Shown: piece after piece, positions 20,085 through 30,584 of the stretch
How the letters are laid out: each line of letters opens with the position of its first letter
Position numbering within the stretch: the first letter of the stretch is position 1
Source of the DNA: Methanobacteriota archaeon
Lineage (GTDB): Archaea > Thermoplasmatota > E2 > DHVEG-1
DNA length: 64,000 nucleotides
Reading direction: 5' to 3'
NCBI GenBank assembly: GCA_963769885.1
Contig: CAVYNH010000005.1
Span: 32,001-96,000, forward strand
Translations under genes and position numbers: made by a program
The notes under the pieces: model-generated
What the model saw: the letters and a program-made list of their open reading frames with translations, nothing else
Told to the model about the DNA's origin: nothing
Database searches by the model: none

Positions 20085-23000
20085 GGGTTTCTACCTCCTG
20101 GTGGGTGGTGATTTCTCCTTTGGGTCCGACGGATTCGGGGTCGATGTTGCCGATCATCTCTGAGATGCCGTTGTCGTGCATGGTGACGCCGTAGAGGTAG
20201 TCGGCTTCTTTGAGTGCGATCTTTCGGAGACTGACGCTGATGAATTGGGAGTGTTCCGCGCGTTTTTTGATCATGCGGCTGACGACTTCGGCGTTGACGC
20301 CGTCGAGGAACATGTCGATTTCGTCGAGGACGTAGAAGGGGCTGGGGTCGTATTGTTGGATGGCGAAGATGAAGCCGAGGCTGGCGATGCTTTTTTCGCC
20401 GCCGGAGAGTGCGGCGAGTCGGAGGATTTTCTTGCCGCGGGGTCTGGCTTTGATGGTGAGGCCGCCGTCGAAGATGCTTTCTTCGTTTTCGAGGATGAGT
20501 TCGGCTTCGCCGCCTTCGGAGAGTTGGGCGTAGATGTCTTTGAAGTTGTGGTTGACTTCGTTGAAGATTTCGAAGAAGCGTTCTTTTTTCTTGGTGGTGA
20601 TCTCGCCGACGAGGTTAACGAGGTTTTTCTTCTGGTCGTTGAGGCGTTTGATGTCGTCGTCGAATTTTTTCTTGCGCTCTGCTTGGTGTTCGTATTCTTC
20701 GAGGGCGCGCATGTTCACGGGTTCGAGGGCTTGCATTTTTTGTTCGATGGTGAGGAGGGATTCTTTCATGGTTTCTAGTGCGGGGAATTTCTGGGTGGTG
20801 AGTTCAACATGGTAGAGGGCGATTTCGGAGTCGAGTTCTTTGATGGCGGATTCGAGGGTGGGGAGGCGGTATTGGCTGCGGGCGATAAGGTCGGCGTAGG
20901 ATTCGGTTTTGGTGGTGAGGTTGTCGAGTTCGTTTTCGAGGCTGACGGATTTGCGGTACAGGCTGTCTCGTTTGCTGGCGAGTTCTTTGGTGGCGCCTGC
21001 CATTTTTTGTTCGACGGTCATGAGGGTTTTGAGGCCGTCGGCGGCCTTGGTTTTGGCGGCTTTGAGTTCGTCTTGGGTGGTTTTGAGTTGGGTGATGGCC
21101 TGGGTGAGGCTGGTTTGCTTGTCGGTGAGTTCTTTGTGGCGGGTGTCGAGAAGTTCTTTTTTCTTCTGGAGGGTGTCAGTTTCGCTTTTAAGGGTGAGGA
21201 GGGTTTCTTGGTGTTTGGCGAGGGTTTGTTCGAGGCTGCGGAGCTCTTGTGCGATCTCTTTTTTGGTGTTTTTGAGGAGTCGTTTGCCTTTTTCTTCTTT
21301 GCTGGCGTCGAGTTCGGTGAGGCGCTGCTGCAGTGTGGAGAGGGCGTTGGTCAGTTGGGTGTCTTCGGTGGCGAGGGCGTCTTTTTCCTTGAGCCTGGCG
21401 TGGAGGTCTTTGGTGAGGACGCCGAGTTTGCCTTGGTATTCTTTCTTTCTGACGTCGAGGTTTTTGAGTTGGGTCTCGGTGTCTCCCTGGGTTCGTGCCT
21501 CGCGGAGGGTGCCTTCGAGGTCGGTGAGGTCTTTGCGGACGGTGGCGAGCTCTTGGTGGAGTTCTTCTTGGTGGGTGATGGCGGTTTGGAGTTTGTGGGC
21601 GAGGTCGTCGAGGGCGTGTTGGTCTTGGGTGCCGAAGCTGATTTTTTCGTTGGGTGGGCTGCCGCCGATCATGGCGCCGCTGGCCTCGATGAGGTCTCCT
21701 TTCATGTCGACGAGTCGGACGCCGCCCATGAGGCGGCGGGCGTCGGTGAGGGTATCGACGATGATGGTGTCGCCGAAGACGTACCAGAAGGCGCCTTTGT
21801 AGTCTGGGTTGTATTTGACGAGGTCGACGGCGAAGCCGTGCGCGTGTTCGTCTTTGACGGCCATGAGGGCTTGGGCGCGGGGTTTGCCGACGATCATTTT
21901 GTTGAGTGGGAGGAAGGTGGCGCGGCCGAGTTTTTTCTTGCGGAGGTAGTCGATGGCGTCGGCGGCGGCGGTGTCGTCGGTGACGATGATGGCCTGCATG
22001 CGGGGGCCGGCCGCGATTTCGAGGGCGAGTTTGAACTCGTCTTGGACGTGGGCGAGTTCGGCGATGGTGCCGCGGATACCTTGGAGTTCTTTGGCGTCGC
22101 GGGCGGTGAGGATAGCGTTGACGGCTTGGTTGTAGCGTGATTGGACGGTTTGGGCAGCGTCGCGTTCTGCTTGGAGGCGTGCTTGTTCGCGTTGGAGTTT
22201 GGTGATGGCTTGTTCGAGGTCGGTGAGCTGTTCTTGGAGGGCGCTTTCGTGTTTCTTTTTCTTGAGGAGTTGTGCTTCGAGGTCTTTGAGTTTCTTGGTG
22301 GATTCTTGTTTGCCTTTGCTCTGCTCTTGGGCCTGCCAGTCGATGTCCTTGAGTTCGAATTCGTAGGTGGATTTAGTTTCTTGGAGCTCGGCGATCTGGT
22401 GGTCGAGGGTTTCGCGGGATTGTTTGAGGCGGTCTTTTTTGAGCTGGAGTTCGTGGATTTGGGTTTGTTTTTCGGTGTATTCCTCGCGCATTTTGACGAG
22501 GTCTCGGGTGAGGTCCATGGAGAGGTCGTCGGATTGAGCGACTTCGTTGCGTAGGCTGGTGAGTTTGTCGTCGGTGGTTTTTCTGGCGGTCTCGGCGTCG
22601 GTGGTTTTGGTGGTGAGTTCGGTTTGGTGTTCGGTGAGGTCTTCGAGGTCGGCGGCGACTTGTTCGAAGGCTGTGTCGAGGTCTTTGAGTTCTTTTTTGC
22701 GTTCGGCGATCTCATCGGCGGTGTAGTTGAGGCGTTCTTCGATTTTAATGGCGTCTGCGCGGAGGGAGTCGATCTTGGTTTTGAGTTCGCCGGCTTCGTC
22801 GCCGCCGGCGTCCGCAATCTTCTCTTCGATCTCGCGGAGTTCGTCGAGGACTTTGATGTGGTCGTCTTGGAGTTTTTGCTTGGTACCGTCGAATTTTTTC
22901 TGTTCGGTCTCGTAGCTGGTGATCTGTTTGTTGACTTCGGCAATCTGGGATTCGACTTCCTGTTTTTTCTTGGCGGCGATCATCGCCTTGGTCTCATAGA

Positions 23001-23691
23001 GTTTGTCTTTGAGTTCCTTATATTGGTAGGCGGCGTCGCGGTCCTTTTTAAGCTGGCGGATCTGGGTGCCGATCTCGTTGAGGATGATGTCGATGCGTTC
23101 GAGGTTCTTGTCGACGTCTTCGCGTTCTTTCTCGGCTTTGGCGATGTCTTCGTCGAAGGTGCTGATGCCGGCGATCTCGTCGATGATCTTGCGGCGGTCG
23201 ACGCTGCCCATTTCGACGAGGCTGGTGACATCGCCTTGTTTGACGATGTTGTAGCCTTCCCCGCTGATGCGGGCGTGGGTGAGGAGGTCGATGAACTCGG
23301 TGTAGGTGGCGGCGCGGTCGTTGATGTAATAGTAGCTGTAGTAGTTATCGGGGTTGTCCTTGAGCGGGGCGCGTTTGATGACGCGGGTGAGGGTGACCTC
23401 GTCGGCGTTGACATCCATCTTGCGCTGGGTGTTGTCGAAGACGAGGGAGACTTTGCAGTATTTGGAGGGGTTTTTCTGTTTCTTGCCGCCGTTGAAGATG
23501 AGGTCGGTGAGTCTGCCGGCGCGCATGACCTTGGAGCTTCTCGGTCCAAGGACGAAGAGGATTGCGTCGACGATGTTGCTCTTCCCGGCGCCGTTGGGCC
23601 CGGTGATGGCGGTGAACCCGGGGAAGAACGGCACTTCGAGCTTCTGCCCGAATGACTTAAAATTCTCCATCTGTACTTCTTTCAGATACAC
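20074..23691 (-). CDS. smc: Chromosome segregation protein SMC
   Basis: GPNGAGKSN, Q-loop VKQGD, hinge GRATFLPL/GAMIGG, long coiled coils, LSGGEKS, FYVLDEID. Confidence 0.98.
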   Translation of the reverse strand: MYLKEVQMENFKSFGQKLEVPFFPGFTAITGPNGAGKSNIVDAILFVLGPRSSKVMRAGRLTDLIFNGGKKQKNPSKYCKVSLVFDNTQRKMDVNADEVTLTRVIKRAPLKDNPDNYYSYYYINDRAATYTEFIDLLTHARISGEGYNIVKQGDVTSLVEMGSVDRRKIIDEIAGISTFDEDIAKAEKEREDVDKNLERIDIILNEIGTQIRQLKKDRDAAYQYKELKDKLYETKAMIAAKKKQEVESQIAEVNKQITSYETEQKKFDGTKQKLQDDHIKVLDELREIEEKIADAGGDEAGELKTKIDSLRADAIKIEERLNYTADEIAERKKELKDLDTAFEQVAADLEDLTEHQTELTTKTTDAETARKTTDDKLTSLRNEVAQSDDLSMDLTRDLVKMREEYTEKQTQIHELQLKKDRLKQSRETLDHQIAELQETKSTYEFELKDIDWQAQEQSKGKQESTKKLKDLEAQLLKKKKHESALQEQLTDLEQAITKLQREQARLQAERDAAQTVQSRYNQAVNAILTARDAKELQGIRGTIAELAHVQDEFKLALEIAAGPRMQAIIVTDDTAAADAIDYLRKKKLGRATFLPLNKMIVGKPRAQALMAVKDEHAHGFAVDLVKYNPDYKGAFWYVFGDTIIVDTLTDARRLMGGVRLVDMKGDLIEASGAMIGGSPPNEKISFGTQDQHALDDLAHKLQTAITHQEELHQELATVRKDLTDLEGTLREARTQGDTETQLKNLDVRKKEYQGKLGVLTKDLHARLKEKDALATEDTQLTNALSTLQQRLTELDASKEEKGKRLLKNTKKEIAQELRSLEQTLAKHQETLLTLKSETDTLQKKKELLDTRHKELTDKQTSLTQAITQLKTTQDELKAAKTKAADGLKTLMTVEQKMAGATKELASKRDSLYRKSVSLENELDNLTTKTESYADLIARSQYRLPTLESAIKELDSEIALYHVELTTQKFPALETMKESLLTIEQKMQALEPVNMRALEEYEHQAERKKKFDDDIKRLNDQKKNLVNLVGEITTKKKERFFEIFNEVNHNFKDIYAQLSEGGEAELILENEESIFDGGLTIKARPRGKKILRLAALSGGEKSIASLGFIFAIQQYDPSPFYVLDEIDMFLDGVNAEVVSRMIKKRAEHSQFISVSLRKIALKEADYLYGVTMHDNGISEMIGNIDPESVGPKGEITTHQEVETLGS

Positions 23692-23769
23692 TAGTCATCC
23701 CTTCCGCGATGAATGGGGTACACTGCGTCTATCTACTCCGGCATCCCAAAGGGAAGAAACGGGGGACCG

Positions 23770-23779
23770 TATTTAAAAG
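23770..23779 (-). promoter_or_regulatory. TATA box upstream of smc
   Basis: Minus-strand CTTTTAAATA; the same 10-mer recurs at 49132-49141 and 50937-50946. Confidence 0.55.
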
Positions 23780-23804
23780 TTAGGATAATTATCTTTCAGG
23801 GGCG

Positions 23805-24911
23805 TCATGGTCGTTGGCGGAGGGTGGCGATCAAATCCAGGAGTCGCTGGAGGAGGTTAGGCTGGGAGCTGTGCTTGCCGATATTGATGAACTCCAGCGT
23901 TGTGATGTTACCTATGTTGTAGGGCTGGTGGACCTTATCGCCACGGAGGTGGAGCGGCCAGCTGGGCCGGTCTCGGGGTGTTCGTAGGGGGAGTGGTTCA
24001 CCGTTGATGGTGTTGGTGACGAGGTAGCCGGAGTCGTTTGCGATGCTGGCAGCCTTGAAGCTGACGACGAAGTCGTCGCCGGCTGTGAGTCGTATCTTGT
24101 ATCCTTTTTCAACGAGACTCATGTTGAGTGAGGTCGTTTCATTGTCGAAGTCGTCGATCATAGCGGCAAGGCGCCAGAGCGGGATGCCGTGCCAGGTGTT
24201 GTCCCCATCAGACCAGCCCAGGCCATAGGCGGTGACGAGAGCCTCAAATTCACGACGATGGATGACGCGAGAGACGAGGCCATGCATAGTCAGCGACCAG
24301 TCTCGGATGGACGATGTGATCCTGACTGTGGTGTTAGCAATGGATGTTGCTCCATCATTGTCGGTTGCCTGGGCTTGGATTGTGTAGTTACCCTCGATGT
24401 CGAAGCGGTGGAACAGGCTGGCATTCGTTTCGTTGATGGCTGATCCGTTGATCTGCCAGTGGTATTCGACGATGCTTCCATCGGGGTCCGTCGCGTTAGC
24501 ATTGAAGAGAATTTGGAGTGGTGGTTCTCCAGCCGTCTGATTTGCCTGTACTTGGATGTTTGGGGGGCGGTTGAGGACATGGATGGTTTTATTTTGATAG
24601 AGTACGGTGCCGTTGAAAAGCGTCAGTGAGGCGACGACAGCGTAGGTGCCGTAATAATAGGTATGCGATGATAGTGGCTCGCTTGTGGTCCCTCCGTCCC
24701 CATATTGGATGATGAGGCTGCTGTTGCCTTGATCGGTGACAAGAGTCTGGATGCTCACGGTTAATGGCTGGTAGCCAGTCTCAGCACTGATTACGAGACT
24801 GAGGCGGGGAACGGCGGGTTGGGTCTTGGGGGGTGGCGAGGTTTCAAGACAGCCGCTGAGCACTAGGCAACAGACGCAGGGGAGTAAAGCAAAGCACCAT
24901 TTTCGATTCAT
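23805..24911 (-). CDS. Lipoprotein with two PKD domains and a C-terminal molybdopterin-oxidoreductase-like domain
   Basis: Lipobox LSGC; GDG..HTY and DPDGSIVEYHW..TDNDGA PKD motifs; W.GIPLW.L..A.D..NGEPL..WPL.L.G domain. Confidence 0.7.
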   Translation of the reverse strand: MNRKWCFALLPCVCCLVLSGCLETSPPPKTQPAVPRLSLVISAETGYQPLTVSIQTLVTDQGNSSLIIQYGDGGTTSEPLSSHTYYYGTYAVVASLTLFNGTVLYQNKTIHVLNRPPNIQVQANQTAGEPPLQILFNANATDPDGSIVEYHWQINGSAINETNASLFHRFDIEGNYTIQAQATDNDGATSIANTTVRITSSIRDWSLTMHGLVSRVIHRREFEALVTAYGLGWSDGDNTWHGIPLWRLAAMIDDFDNETTSLNMSLVEKGYKIRLTAGDDFVVSFKAASIANDSGYLVTNTINGEPLPLRTPRDRPSWPLHLRGDKVHQPYNIGNITTLEFINIGKHSSQPNLLQRLLDLIATLRQRP

Positions 24912-24932
24912 TTTACTCGTATCACAAGTGTC

Positions 24933-25346
24933 TTAATGTAGTTCAAGGGAGGAGCAGATACCGCAGAGTCGGATTCGTCCACCGATGGTCTTCTTGACGG
25001 CCCACTGGAGGTATCCAGGGGCGATCCCCTTAAAATCCTGCATATAGAGTCTCACCGGTTCTGATGTGATCGTGGGTCGACCATTGATGATCATTAACGT
25101 GGTTCCCGTAAACCCAAAGGAGACCCATGCATCCCCAGTCTGAAACCATAAGGGGGTGAAATGCAATCCAGCAGAGCAGCCGAACAAAGTGCATCGTCCG
25201 GCAGCATAAACAAGATAGATGCCCTTCGAGGATGAATGTGGCATCTTTTCGTTGTAATGAAGGGGCTCAGCGGCGATTACCGTCGTCGTCAATAAGCTGA
25301 AAATAAGCAGGGAAACTAGAACGCCTCTCGTCTGCATAGATATCAA
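24933..25346 (-). CDS. Hypothetical secreted protein
   Basis: Signal peptide; TATA-like sequence just upstream; no family recognised. Confidence 0.7.
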   Translation of the reverse strand: MISMQTRGVLVSLLIFSLLTTTVIAAEPLHYNEKMPHSSSKGIYLVYAAGRCTLFGCSAGLHFTPLWFQTGDAWVSFGFTGTTLMIINGRPTITSEPVRLYMQDFKGIAPGYLQWAVKKTIGGRIRLCGICSSLELH

Positions 25347-25451
25347 AAACTAGGAACAATACCCATTCTTATATATTTTTTCACAACAATTTAAACGTTT
25401 TGTTGACTTTCTCTCTCGATGTCTTTAAAGCGAAATTTGATTTACTGGGAT

Positions 25452-26180
25452 ATGAGTATGAACAGATTTCTTGACCGAATCAGAAAAGATCTTCGTGAAC
25501 AAGCAGACGAGAAGACATACCAAAGCTTCCAGCGGTTCTTCAAGGAACCCATGAAATGCTACGGTGTAAAAACCGGCACGGTCAATACCATTGCCAGGAG
25601 ACATTATCCTGAGGTTAAACAGTGTTCGAAGAAAGAGATCTATACTCATTGTGAAGCCTTGTATGCATCGGGCTTCACTGAGGAGGCATTTGTCGCCAAC
25701 ATCCTCCTCCCTCGTTTTATTAGACTGTTTGAAAAAACAGATCTGAAGATTTTCAAACAATGGATCGAGACGTATATCGATAATTGGGCGAAATGCGACG
25801 GGTTCTGCAATCATACCATTGGCGATTTCGTTAGAAAATATCCAGACACGGTCCAGGAGCTTAAACACTGGACAAGTTCACCAAATCGATGGCTTCGACG
25901 TGCGGCGGCTGTCAGCCTCATCGTCCCAGCGAAGAAGGGTGATTTCCTCCATGACGCCTTTGAAATCGCGGATCAACTCCTCCTCGATGAAGATGATATG
26001 GTCCAGAAGGGATATGGCTGGCTCCTCAAAGAAGAGAGCAGGATGCATCCAAAGGAGGTTTTTGACTACATCCTTTGCACCAAGGACCGGATGCCCCGGA
26101 CGGCGCTGCGCTACGCGATAGAGCTGCTCCCTACAGACTGGCGGCAGCAGGCGATGAAAAAAGAAAGGAAAAAAGAGTGA
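25452..26180 (+). CDS. alkD: DNA alkylation repair protein (AlkD-like HEAT repeat)
   Basis: IDNWAKCD, W..SPNRWLRRAAAV, DMVQKGYGWLLKE, MPRTALRYAIE; start uncertain (25419/25452/25458). Confidence 0.9.
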   Translation: MSMNRFLDRIRKDLREQADEKTYQSFQRFFKEPMKCYGVKTGTVNTIARRHYPEVKQCSKKEIYTHCEALYASGFTEEAFVANILLPRFIRLFEKTDLKIFKQWIETYIDNWAKCDGFCNHTIGDFVRKYPDTVQELKHWTSSPNRWLRRAAAVSLIVPAKKGDFLHDAFEIADQLLLDEDDMVQKGYGWLLKEESRMHPKEVFDYILCTKDRMPRTALRYAIELLPTDWRQQAMKKERKKE

Positions 26181-26189
26181 AGGGGTTTC

Positions 26190-27668
26190 TTAAGAGGGGA
26201 GAATCTTCACGAAGATGAGGAAGACCTGTGTCTGGACGGACTTTGTAACATTGCCGACCGTCACCGACAGCGTCACGGGTTTCCCGAAACCGAAGATGAG
26301 GTTCGAGCGAACAACCGTGTAATCGTAGGGGTAAATGTTCACGGTGCCCGTGTTCTTCCGTCCGAGGATTATGAGGCCGCCTTGGAAATTGATGCTGTAG
26401 TTTAGGGTGAGGTTCTGCGGGCTGTTGTTCCGCACGCGAGCGAAAACGGTGAAGAACCCGCCTTCGATGGAGCTGATCTCCAGGAGTGAGCCGAAGCAGT
26501 AGAGATGGTGGTCGTTTGAGCCGACGAAGACCTTACCGTCGGCAATCGCCGGTGAGGAGGCGAAGTAGTCCCCGCCCGTGAAGTTCCAGAGCTTGGTGCC
26601 GTTGTCGGCATCGAAGCAGTAGAAGCTGTTGTCCTGGCAGGTGCCGACGTAGACCTTGCCGTCGGCGACGGCGGGTGAGGAGTAGACGGCGCCGTTGAGT
26701 GTGCGGTTCCAGATGATGTCCCCGTTCGAGGCGTTCAGGCAGAAGAAGCCGCCCTGCGGCGTCCAGTCGACGCCGATGTAGACCTTGCCGCCAGCGACTG
26801 CCGGCGTAGCGAAGATCGCGCCGAGCGTTCCTGATCCGATGTCCTTCTTCCAGAGCTGCACGCCGGTATCGGCGTTAAGGCAGTAGACAGAGTGGCCCCA
26901 GGAACCGAAGTAGACCTTGCCGTTGACGATGGTGGGACTGGAGTAGATGATCATGCCGGTGGTGAAGTTCCAGAGGTGGGCGCCGGTGGTGGCGTTCAGG
27001 CAGTACATCTTGGCGTCCATGGAGCCGATATAGACCTTGCCATTGGTGACGGCAGGCGAGCACCAGACGAAGCCGCCGGTCGTGAAGTTCCAGAGGTCGC
27101 CGCCGGTGGTGGCGTCGAGGCAGTAGAGTTTGTTGTCGCTTGAGCCGATGTAGAGGCGGTTGTTGACGATGGTGGGGCTGGAGTAGACCATGCCGCCGGT
27201 GGTGTGGTTCCAGATTTGTGCGCCGGTACTGGCGTTGAGGCAGTAGATGTTCTTGTCTTTGGAACCGATGTAGACTTTGTTATTGATGATGGCGGGTGAG
27301 GAGTAGGGGATGAAGTCTGCTTCGGTGAATTTCCAGAGGAGGGCGCCGTCTGCTTCTCGGACGCAGAAGACGGAGCTCGTGTTGTAGGAGGCGCAGTAGA
27401 CTTTGCCGTTGACGATGGCGGGTGAGGAGAGGACTTCTCCGTCGGCCTCGTAGGACCAGAGGACGTTGTTTTTCTCTGGGGCTGTGCCGTTGGCGATGCC
27501 GGTGTGGGTGAGGTCGTGGTGGAACATCGGCCAGGTGGTGTCCTGGGCGAGGGGCGTCTGGAGCCGTAGGTGTTGGGTTGGTCGGGCGGCTGCAGCCGGG
27601 ATGAGCATGGTCAGGGCCAAGATAAGGGTGATGATGGTCTTGTAGGGTGTGTTATAGTGGTTCTTCAT
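26190..27668 (-). CDS. Secreted PQQ-like (BamB-type) beta-propeller protein with conserved C-terminal domain
   Basis: Signal peptide, WPMFHHD..HTG, eight ~40-aa repeats SSP.I.NGKVY.GS.D...YCL.A.TG...W. Confidence 0.92.
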   Translation of the reverse strand: MKNHYNTPYKTIITLILALTMLIPAAAARPTQHLRLQTPLAQDTTWPMFHHDLTHTGIANGTAPEKNNVLWSYEADGEVLSSPAIVNGKVYCASYNTSSVFCVREADGALLWKFTEADFIPYSSPAIINNKVYIGSKDKNIYCLNASTGAQIWNHTTGGMVYSSPTIVNNRLYIGSSDNKLYCLDATTGGDLWNFTTGGFVWCSPAVTNGKVYIGSMDAKMYCLNATTGAHLWNFTTGMIIYSSPTIVNGKVYFGSWGHSVYCLNADTGVQLWKKDIGSGTLGAIFATPAVAGGKVYIGVDWTPQGGFFCLNASNGDIIWNRTLNGAVYSSPAVADGKVYVGTCQDNSFYCFDADNGTKLWNFTGGDYFASSPAIADGKVFVGSNDHHLYCFGSLLEISSIEGGFFTVFARVRNNSPQNLTLNYSINFQGGLIILGRKNTGTVNIYPYDYTVVRSNLIFGFGKPVTLSVTVGNVTKSVQTQVFLIFVKILPS

Positions 27669-27846
27669 TAGGAGTTCTCCCCCATTGTTAGAACATGAGT
27701 CTGATCTTTATATATAAACTATTTGATTTTATATGGTCTATTGATTATTAATAGATTTTCTCTGTGTTTTGAAGATTGAAAAGTGATTTTTGAGTATTTT
27801 TATAGAAATGGAGACGATCATTGTGTTTCCTGTGGGGATTTGGCTT

Positions 27847-28986
27847 CTAGGCGGTGAGCGGTGTGGGCCGTTTGTAGTCGTATTCCTTGAGGGCATAGCC
27901 CCAGTGGTTCTCGATCTTTGTGAGGTCCTGGGTGGTGAACTGGTAGTGGTCGGTGCGGACGGCCTTCTGGGTGGCGATGTAGTCCTTGAAGGCGGGCTCG
28001 GCGTCTTCGTAGCCGGAGAGGTCGAGTCTCTTGTAGAGGCTGTGGACGGTGTGGAGGGGTTGTTCGAGGAAGCTTTCGTATTTCACCTCGGCGAGGTGGT
28101 GCGGGGGGATGCGCTGTCTGTCTTGGAGGTATTTCTTGGTCGTCTCCGAGAAGAGGGCCGCCATCTGGTCCTCGACCGCGTCGTAGGGAGGCGGGGTCTG
28201 GACGCAGTAGCGGGGGATGACGGTGAGCATGAACTTGCGCATGGACATGAAGAGGTCGTAGGGGCTGCGGTAGAGGTAGATGAATTTGGCGTCCGGGAAC
28301 AGCTCGAGGAGTTGGGGGATCTTGCCGGTGTTGTCCTGGTTTTTCAGGAGGAGCTGCCGTCCTTTGGAGTACAGGGTGAGCTTCTTGAGGAGGGCGAGGT
28401 AGGTGCGTTTCCAGTCGTCGATGGTTCTGGGGGAGGCGTTGGCCATGCAGACGTAGTCGTTGTATTGTGCCATGTTGCGGGGGAAGCACCAGCCGTGGTA
28501 GTAGGAATAGGGGGAGACCGCGCCCAGGGCATATTGGTCCTCCTGGGGGAGGTCGGCGTCCATGTCCGCGTCGTCCATGGGGCGTTTCTTCGGCAGGCTG
28601 GAGACGACGAGGGGCTTGAAAAGCTTCTCGCCGCTGAGGTAGATGGTCGGCAGGTACGCCTGGAAGGTGGAGAAGTAGCCGAACTGCGGGTCGCAGGAGA
28701 GGATATTGTGCAGGTAGGTGGTCCCGCAGCGCCAGAGGCCGATGATGAAGATCGGGTCCTTGGTGATCCGGGTGTCGTCGACTTTTTTGTCGTACTTGAG
28801 CCGCTCGCGGATGTAGAACGGGGTCATGATGCCGCTGAGAGCGATGCTATAGGTGAGCCGGGGGATGTACCGAGGGCTGACGTGGAAGCGGTTCTGGGTG
28901 AGAAGGCGCAGGAGGTTCGGGAGGCTGTACCCTGGGAGTGGCGTGTTTTTGACCATGAGGCAGTCGTCACGCACGTTGAAGTCCAC
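27847..28986 (-). CDS. PAPS-dependent sulfotransferase (Sulfotransfer_3-like)
   Basis: PIFIIGLWRCGTTYLHNIL, LLLKN, FPDAKFI..YR.P, V.YE; start at GTG 28986, about 25 nt from a TATA box (ATG 28956 is an alternative). Confidence 0.88.
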   Translation of the reverse strand: MDFNVRDDCLMVKNTPLPGYSLPNLLRLLTQNRFHVSPRYIPRLTYSIALSGIMTPFYIRERLKYDKKVDDTRITKDPIFIIGLWRCGTTYLHNILSCDPQFGYFSTFQAYLPTIYLSGEKLFKPLVVSSLPKKRPMDDADMDADLPQEDQYALGAVSPYSYYHGWCFPRNMAQYNDYVCMANASPRTIDDWKRTYLALLKKLTLYSKGRQLLLKNQDNTGKIPQLLELFPDAKFIYLYRSPYDLFMSMRKFMLTVIPRYCVQTPPPYDAVEDQMAALFSETTKKYLQDRQRIPPHHLAEVKYESFLEQPLHTVHSLYKRLDLSGYEDAEPAFKDYIATQKAVRTDHYQFTTQDLTKIENHWGYALKEYDYKRPTPLTA

Positions 28987-29039
28987 GCTCTCGCATACCT
29001 CCTTATCGTATATAAAATATCTGGTACGGATATCGGCAA

Positions 29040-30566
29040 TCACCGATTCTTTCGTTTCCAGGATATCGCCAGCGCCCCCGCGGCCAAGGACAGGCCTGCG
29101 GAGATGAAGAACAGCAGGCTGAGGCTTTCCATGAAGATGGGGGCAAACACCGAGGTGAAGGCCGTAAAACTCACCCCCGAGGGAGTAAGACCGAGGAAGA
29201 CGGAGAACAGCGCTGACGCCGCGGGCACTTTACTGAGGGTTGTGCCGGCGAAATTCACTTCCAACGCGATAATCAGGATGGCAAAATAGATTGTCATGCT
29301 CAGCGACTGGGCCACGTTCTGCATCGTCGCCCGCATCCCGGAGGCCACCCCGCGGTTGCTCGCCGGTATCGCGCTCATGACCAGGGACGTGTTAGGCGCA
29401 ACGAACATCCCCGCACCGATCCCCTGGAAGAAAATCGCGGCTGCGAGGAGCGCATAATGCACGTCATAGGGCATGAACGCCATCCATAGGAACGACGCCG
29501 CGATGATGACGCTCCCTACCACCATGAACAGCCGCTGACCATATTTGTCCGACAGGTACCCGCTCAGCGGCCCCATGATAAAGAACCCGGCGGTCATCGG
29601 CAGCATGTAGATCCCCGCCCAGAACGGAGTGGATTCGATGGAATACCCATGGAGCGGCAGCCAGATGCCCTGCAGCCAGATGACCAGCATGAACAGCAAT
29701 CCACCCCGGGCGACTGTGGAGATGAACAGGGAACTGGCGCCAGCGCTGAAGTCGCGGATGCGGAACAGCTCCAGCTTGAACATCGGAGACTTCACGCGAC
29801 GCTCGATGAGGACGAAGGCGCCGATGAGCAGACACCCCAGCACCAACGCGAGAATCACCCAAGGATTCTCATAGCCGAGCTCCGATGCCCCGTACGGGAT
29901 TAGGAAATACGTGACACCCAACAAGATCAGGGTCAGGCCCACGCCGAACGTGATGTTCCCCAGCCAGTCGATCCGCTGCGCCCGCTCAATCGTCCCCAGC
30001 TCCTTGAGGTTGACGTGAGCCCAAATGAATCCGATGATGGCGAAGGGGACGGTCACCCAGAAGATGTACTCCCAGCCGTACGGCGCGATGACCCCGCCCA
30101 TGATGAGGCCGATGAACTGCCCGGCGAGAAACGAGATCTGGTTGATCCCTAGAGCCTTGCCCCGCTCCTTGACCTCGAACGCATCGGTGATGATCGCCGC
30201 GCTGTTCGCGAACAGAAACGCCCCACCCAGCCCCTGGAAGAGCCGGAAGATGATCAGTTCGAGGATATTCTGAGACAAGGCGCAGGCAATCGTGCCGATG
30301 ATAAAAATCAGAAACCCAAGCTTGTACAACCGGACCCGGCCGAAGATATCGGAAAACCGGCCAATCGTCACCAGGATCACCGCGGTGACCAGCCCGTACC
30401 CGGCTATCGTCCACAGCAAGTACGGGAAGTTCGCCGGGTCGGCCGGGTTGATATGCAGCCCACGGAAGATGTCGGGCAGAGAAATCAGGACAATCGTCAT
30501 GTCGATAGAGGCAATCAACGCCCCCAACGACGTGTTCGACAGCACCGTCCACTTGTACTGAACCAT
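29040..30566 (-). CDS. MFS transporter (DHA2/14-TMS, archaeal type)
   Basis: GRFSDIFGR motif A, FRLFQGLGGA, ERGKALG, G.LSDKYG. Confidence 0.93.
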   Translation of the reverse strand: MVQYKWTVLSNTSLGALIASIDMTIVLISLPDIFRGLHINPADPANFPYLLWTIAGYGLVTAVILVTIGRFSDIFGRVRLYKLGFLIFIIGTIACALSQNILELIIFRLFQGLGGAFLFANSAAIITDAFEVKERGKALGINQISFLAGQFIGLIMGGVIAPYGWEYIFWVTVPFAIIGFIWAHVNLKELGTIERAQRIDWLGNITFGVGLTLILLGVTYFLIPYGASELGYENPWVILALVLGCLLIGAFVLIERRVKSPMFKLELFRIRDFSAGASSLFISTVARGGLLFMLVIWLQGIWLPLHGYSIESTPFWAGIYMLPMTAGFFIMGPLSGYLSDKYGQRLFMVVGSVIIAASFLWMAFMPYDVHYALLAAAIFFQGIGAGMFVAPNTSLVMSAIPASNRGVASGMRATMQNVAQSLSMTIYFAILIIALEVNFAGTTLSKVPAASALFSVFLGLTPSGVSFTAFTSVFAPIFMESLSLLFFISAGLSLAAGALAISWKRKNR

Positions 30567-30584
30567 GAGGACACCCTGAAACTT

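Noticed and set aside
20176-23655. Long antisense and alternative-frame ORFs over smc and many other genes (for example 27790..29289, 51180..52706, 60376..61782)
   Set aside because: Shadow ORFs caused by extreme third-position bias; low-complexity V/G/E/D or P/S/T translations lying over clearly recognisable genes.
18534-23691. smc cluster as a Wadjet/MksBEFG anti-plasmid system
   Set aside because: Canonical SMC hinge with ScpA and ScpB and no JetD/Toprim nuclease; this is the housekeeping condensin.
26500-27440. Periodic DNA repeats (~120 nt) suggestive of a CRISPR or other array
   Set aside because: They are the coding repeats of the PQQ-like propeller; no spacers or cas genes.
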